This document shows positions 41,772-44,310 of a stretch of DNA of 44,310 bases, in pieces; the stretch's first letter is position 1; every line of letters begins with the position of its first letter. The position numbers were made by a program, and so were the translations under genes. The notes beneath the pieces are model-generated. The model saw only the letters and a program-made list of their open reading frames with translations, ran no database searches and had not been told where the DNA came from. This DNA comes from an uncultured bacterium (lineage in GTDB: Bacteria > Patescibacteriota > Minisyncoccia > UBA6257 > 2-01-FULL-56-20), in NCBI GenBank assembly GCA_963705915.1, contig OY970126.1, forward strand, positions 362,306 to 406,615. Reading direction: 5' to 3'.

Positions 41772-42955
41772 GAATTTTCTTTTTCTATTTGCAGCAGCCG
41801 ATTATATTTTGCAACCCGTTCCCCGCGTGCGGGTGCGCCGAGCTTTAAGCCGTCTGCGCCAACCCCATAGGCGAAATCGGCGATGAAGTCGTCGTTCGTT
41901 TCTCCACTGCGATGTGAAGCAATCACTTTCCAGCCGTAATTTCTCGCGGCACGGACCGCGTCGAGCGCTTCGCTCATGCTTCCGATCTGGTTGGGTTTCA
42001 CGATCACGGCGTTCACGCTCCCCTCCGCGTGGGCGCGTTCCATGCGATGGACATTCGTGGTCGTGAGGTCGTCGCCGGTAATCCAAACCGTCTTGCCGAA
42101 CTGTGCGGTGAGTTCTGCAAATTTTTCAAACTTCTCTTCGCCAAAGGGATCTTCGAGATATAAAATATGATGATTGCGGATGAGTTTTTCGTAGAGGTTT
42201 TTGAGCTGCGCGTCGTTCAACGTTTTGATATCGGTCGCCGCTGCGTCCATGCCAAAATCAACGCTCTTTTGAAGACGAAGTTTTTTGACAACTGACGCAA
42301 GGATTCGAATCGGCTCAATATTGTCTTTAAAGTTTGGTGCGAATCCCCCTTCGTCGCCCAGATTCGTGGCAGCTTTCCCTTTGGTTCGAGCGATGACATC
42401 CGCGAGTTCATGATAGAGCTTTGTTCCGATTTCTGTCGCCTCCCTGAATGTCCGGGTCTTCGGAATAACAACGTATTCCTGAATATCCAAATTACTTCCT
42501 CCGTGCAATCCCCCGTTGATCACGTTCATAAAAAGACGCGGATGGGTACCATTGCGTCCTTTTGCAACGGGCAAGCCGTAGATCTCACGAATATGCCTCC
42601 ACAGCGGCATCGCTTGCGCCGTCGCGCACGCTCGCGCAAACGCAATGGAAACCGCGAGTATGGCGTTCGCGCCCAGTTTGGATTTGGTAGGCGTGCCGTC
42701 GAGATTGATGAGAAACGAGTCGAAAGCGTTTTGATTCCGGAACGCCTTACGCCGCACCTTAGGCGCAATCGTTTTTATGATATTCTTCACCGCCTGTGCG
42801 GCGGGCAACGCATGTGCTTCTGCGGTTCCGGTGCTCTTGCCCTGCGGGACCGATGCCGTTGCACAAACGCCGTTACGCAATTCGATGGTCGCTTCAACCG
42901 TCCACTGTCCCCGCGAATCAAGGATGGTCCGCGCCGTGAGAGATGTTATTTCCAT
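41768..42955 (-). CDS. eno: enolase (short, 395 aa)
   Basis: ARTILDSRGQWTVEA...SVPQGKSTGTAEA...GDEGGFAP...GDDLTTTN...VIVKPNQIGS...SHRSGET. Confidence 0.93.
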   Translation of the reverse strand: MEITSLTARTILDSRGQWTVEATIELRNGVCATASVPQGKSTGTAEAHALPAAQAVKNIIKTIAPKVRRKAFRNQNAFDSFLINLDGTPTKSKLGANAILAVSIAFARACATAQAMPLWRHIREIYGLPVAKGRNGTHPRLFMNVINGGLHGGSNLDIQEYVVIPKTRTFREATEIGTKLYHELADVIARTKGKAATNLGDEGGFAPNFKDNIEPIRILASVVKKLRLQKSVDFGMDAAATDIKTLNDAQLKNLYEKLIRNHHILYLEDPFGEEKFEKFAELTAQFGKTVWITGDDLTTTNVHRMERAHAEGSVNAVIVKPNQIGSMSEALDAVRAARNYGWKVIASHRSGETNDDFIADFAYGVGADGLKLGAPARGERVAKYNRLLQIEKENS

Positions 42956-42974
42956 GCTTCACAAAAACCCGAGG

Positions 42975-44310
42975 TTATTTTTTCTTGAGCATTTTTTCCT
43001 TCTTGGCGATGGCAACCGTTGTCGAGACCACCGTGTCGGGGTTGAGTGAAATGCTTTCGATGCCGCACTCAACAAGGAATGTTGCGAAGTCAGGATAGTC
43101 GCTCGGCGCTTGACCGCAGATGCCGATGTATTTTTTGCGCTTACGGCACTTGGCGATAATCTCGCTCACCAATTTTTTGACGGCGGGATCGTTTTCGTTC
43201 GCAATCTTGCTCACAATGCCGGAGTCACGGTCGAGGCCGAGGGTGAGTTGAGTGAGATCATTTGAACCGATGGACATGCCGTCGAAGATGTCGAGGAAAG
43301 CGTCTGCGTTCAGCACGTTCGAAGGGATTTCACACATCACATAGATCGGCGTAATCGGAATTCTCCTCCCGCTCGCAATCGAACGCGCGGCGTGTCTGAT
43401 CCTATTATTCTTGGCGGTGTAATTTGTTATGAGTCCTCCTTCGGCCATCGCTTTCTGCACTTTAATGCCTTCATCGATAGTCCGACAGAATGGAACCATC
43501 GGTATCACATTCATAAGGCCCATCTCTTCGCGCACTTTTTTGATGGCGGCCACCTCGAGCATGAATGCGGGTTTGAACTTTGGGTCGTAATACCGCGACG
43601 CGCCACGCCATCCAATCATCGGATTTTCCTCTTTCGGCTCATACATTTCACCGCCGAGAAGCGTGCGATATTCGTTTGTCTTGAAATCCGAAAATCGAAC
43701 GATCACATGATGCGGGAAAAACGCCGCACCGATCTTTGCGATGCCGAACGCGAGATTATCTATGTAATACTGCTTTGGGTCGCGCCAGCCCATCATTTTG
43801 GCTTCGATGGCTTTTCGCACTGCGGGCTTCTGATCGTTGAGGTTGAGGAGGGCCATCGGATGCAATCCCATTTTGGATGCGATGATGAATTCTTCCCGCG
43901 CAAGGCCGACGCCCTGATTCGGCAGAAATGATGTCTCGAATGCGCTGTCGGGAATGGCAACGTTAACCATAACCTTTGTCTTTGGCTGCGGTATTTTCTT
44001 GAGATCATGATTGACCACTTTGAACTTGAGGAATCCATGATACACGTTCCCCGCACTCCCCGTCGTATCCACCGTTATCGGATCCCCTGTCTTTATGGTT
44101 CTGGTTGCCTTCTCGGTTCCGACGACCGCCGGAATGCCGAGTTCGCGCGAGACGATCGCCGCATGAGACGTGCGGCCGCCTTTATCGGTGATGATGGCGG
44201 ACGCCATCTTCATGATCGGCTCCCAGTCGGGGTCGGTCATGGTTGTCACCAAAATTTCACCCTTCCTGAATTCGCCGATATGTTTCGTGTCGAGGATCAC
44301 ATGCGCTTTG
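42975..44310 (-). CDS. ppsA: phosphoenolpyruvate synthase / PEP-utilising enzyme; N-terminus lies beyond the window
   Basis: GGRTSHAAIVSRELGIPAVVG phospho-His domain followed by the PEP-binding TIM-barrel (GSNDLTQLTLG). The frame stays open to position 44310. Confidence 0.88.
   Translation of the reverse strand, partial: KAHVILDTKHIGEFRKGEILVTTMTDPDWEPIMKMASAIITDKGGRTSHAAIVSRELGIPAVVGTEKATRTIKTGDPITVDTTGSAGNVYHGFLKFKVVNHDLKKIPQPKTKVMVNVAIPDSAFETSFLPNQGVGLAREEFIIASKMGLHPMALLNLNDQKPAVRKAIEAKMMGWRDPKQYYIDNLAFGIAKIGAAFFPHHVIVRFSDFKTNEYRTLLGGEMYEPKEENPMIGWRGASRYYDPKFKPAFMLEVAAIKKVREEMGLMNVIPMVPFCRTIDEGIKVQKAMAEGGLITNYTAKNNRIRHAARSIASGRRIPITPIYVMCEIPSNVLNADAFLDIFDGMSIGSNDLTQLTLGLDRDSGIVSKIANENDPAVKKLVSEIIAKCRKRKKYIGICGQAPSDYPDFATFLVECGIESISLNPDTVVSTTVAIAKKEKMLKKK

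Overview
The window is mostly minus-strand and looks like a small-genome, CPR/Patescibacteria-like bacterium. L30 is absent between rpsE and rplO, S14 is the Zn-ribbon type Z form, the Fe-S system is a minimal NifS/NifU pair, and nucleotide reduction is by NrdDG. The backbone is the str/S10/spc ribosomal super-operon: rpsL-rpsG-fusA ... tuf-rpsJ ... rplC through rplO-secY-adk-map. It is interrupted twice. About 7 kb of accessory genes lie between fusA and tuf, and a two-gene insert with its own terminators lies between rpsJ and rplC. The right half holds a tRNA cluster (Ala, Arg, Lys, Ser, Ser) interleaved with secreted proteins and a PLD-family protein. Next comes a CofE-like / ATP-grasp / RibD_C-like trio, then a long operon pyrD-nrdD-nrdG-nifS-nifU-FNR-like, then a trmB-like regulator, eno and a partial ppsA. 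The main oddities follow. (1) tuf needs two single-base skips and fusA one to restore conserved protein sequence, and every indel I can detect in 44 kb falls in these two GTPase genes. (2) Three promoter-to-terminator units of 300-410 nt, at ~2.2-2.6 kb, ~25.55-25.9 kb and ~28.4-28.9 kb, have no convincing ORF and I could not assign them to a known RNA family by eye. (3) A structured leader with an intrinsic terminator sits in front of rplC. (4) There is an orphan cofactor-tail-ligase-like gene trio. (5) pyrD has class-2 architecture but a Cys catalytic base. I saw no CRISPR array, integrase, transposase or other mobile-element hallmark. All family assignments come from reading motifs by eye; no database search was run.
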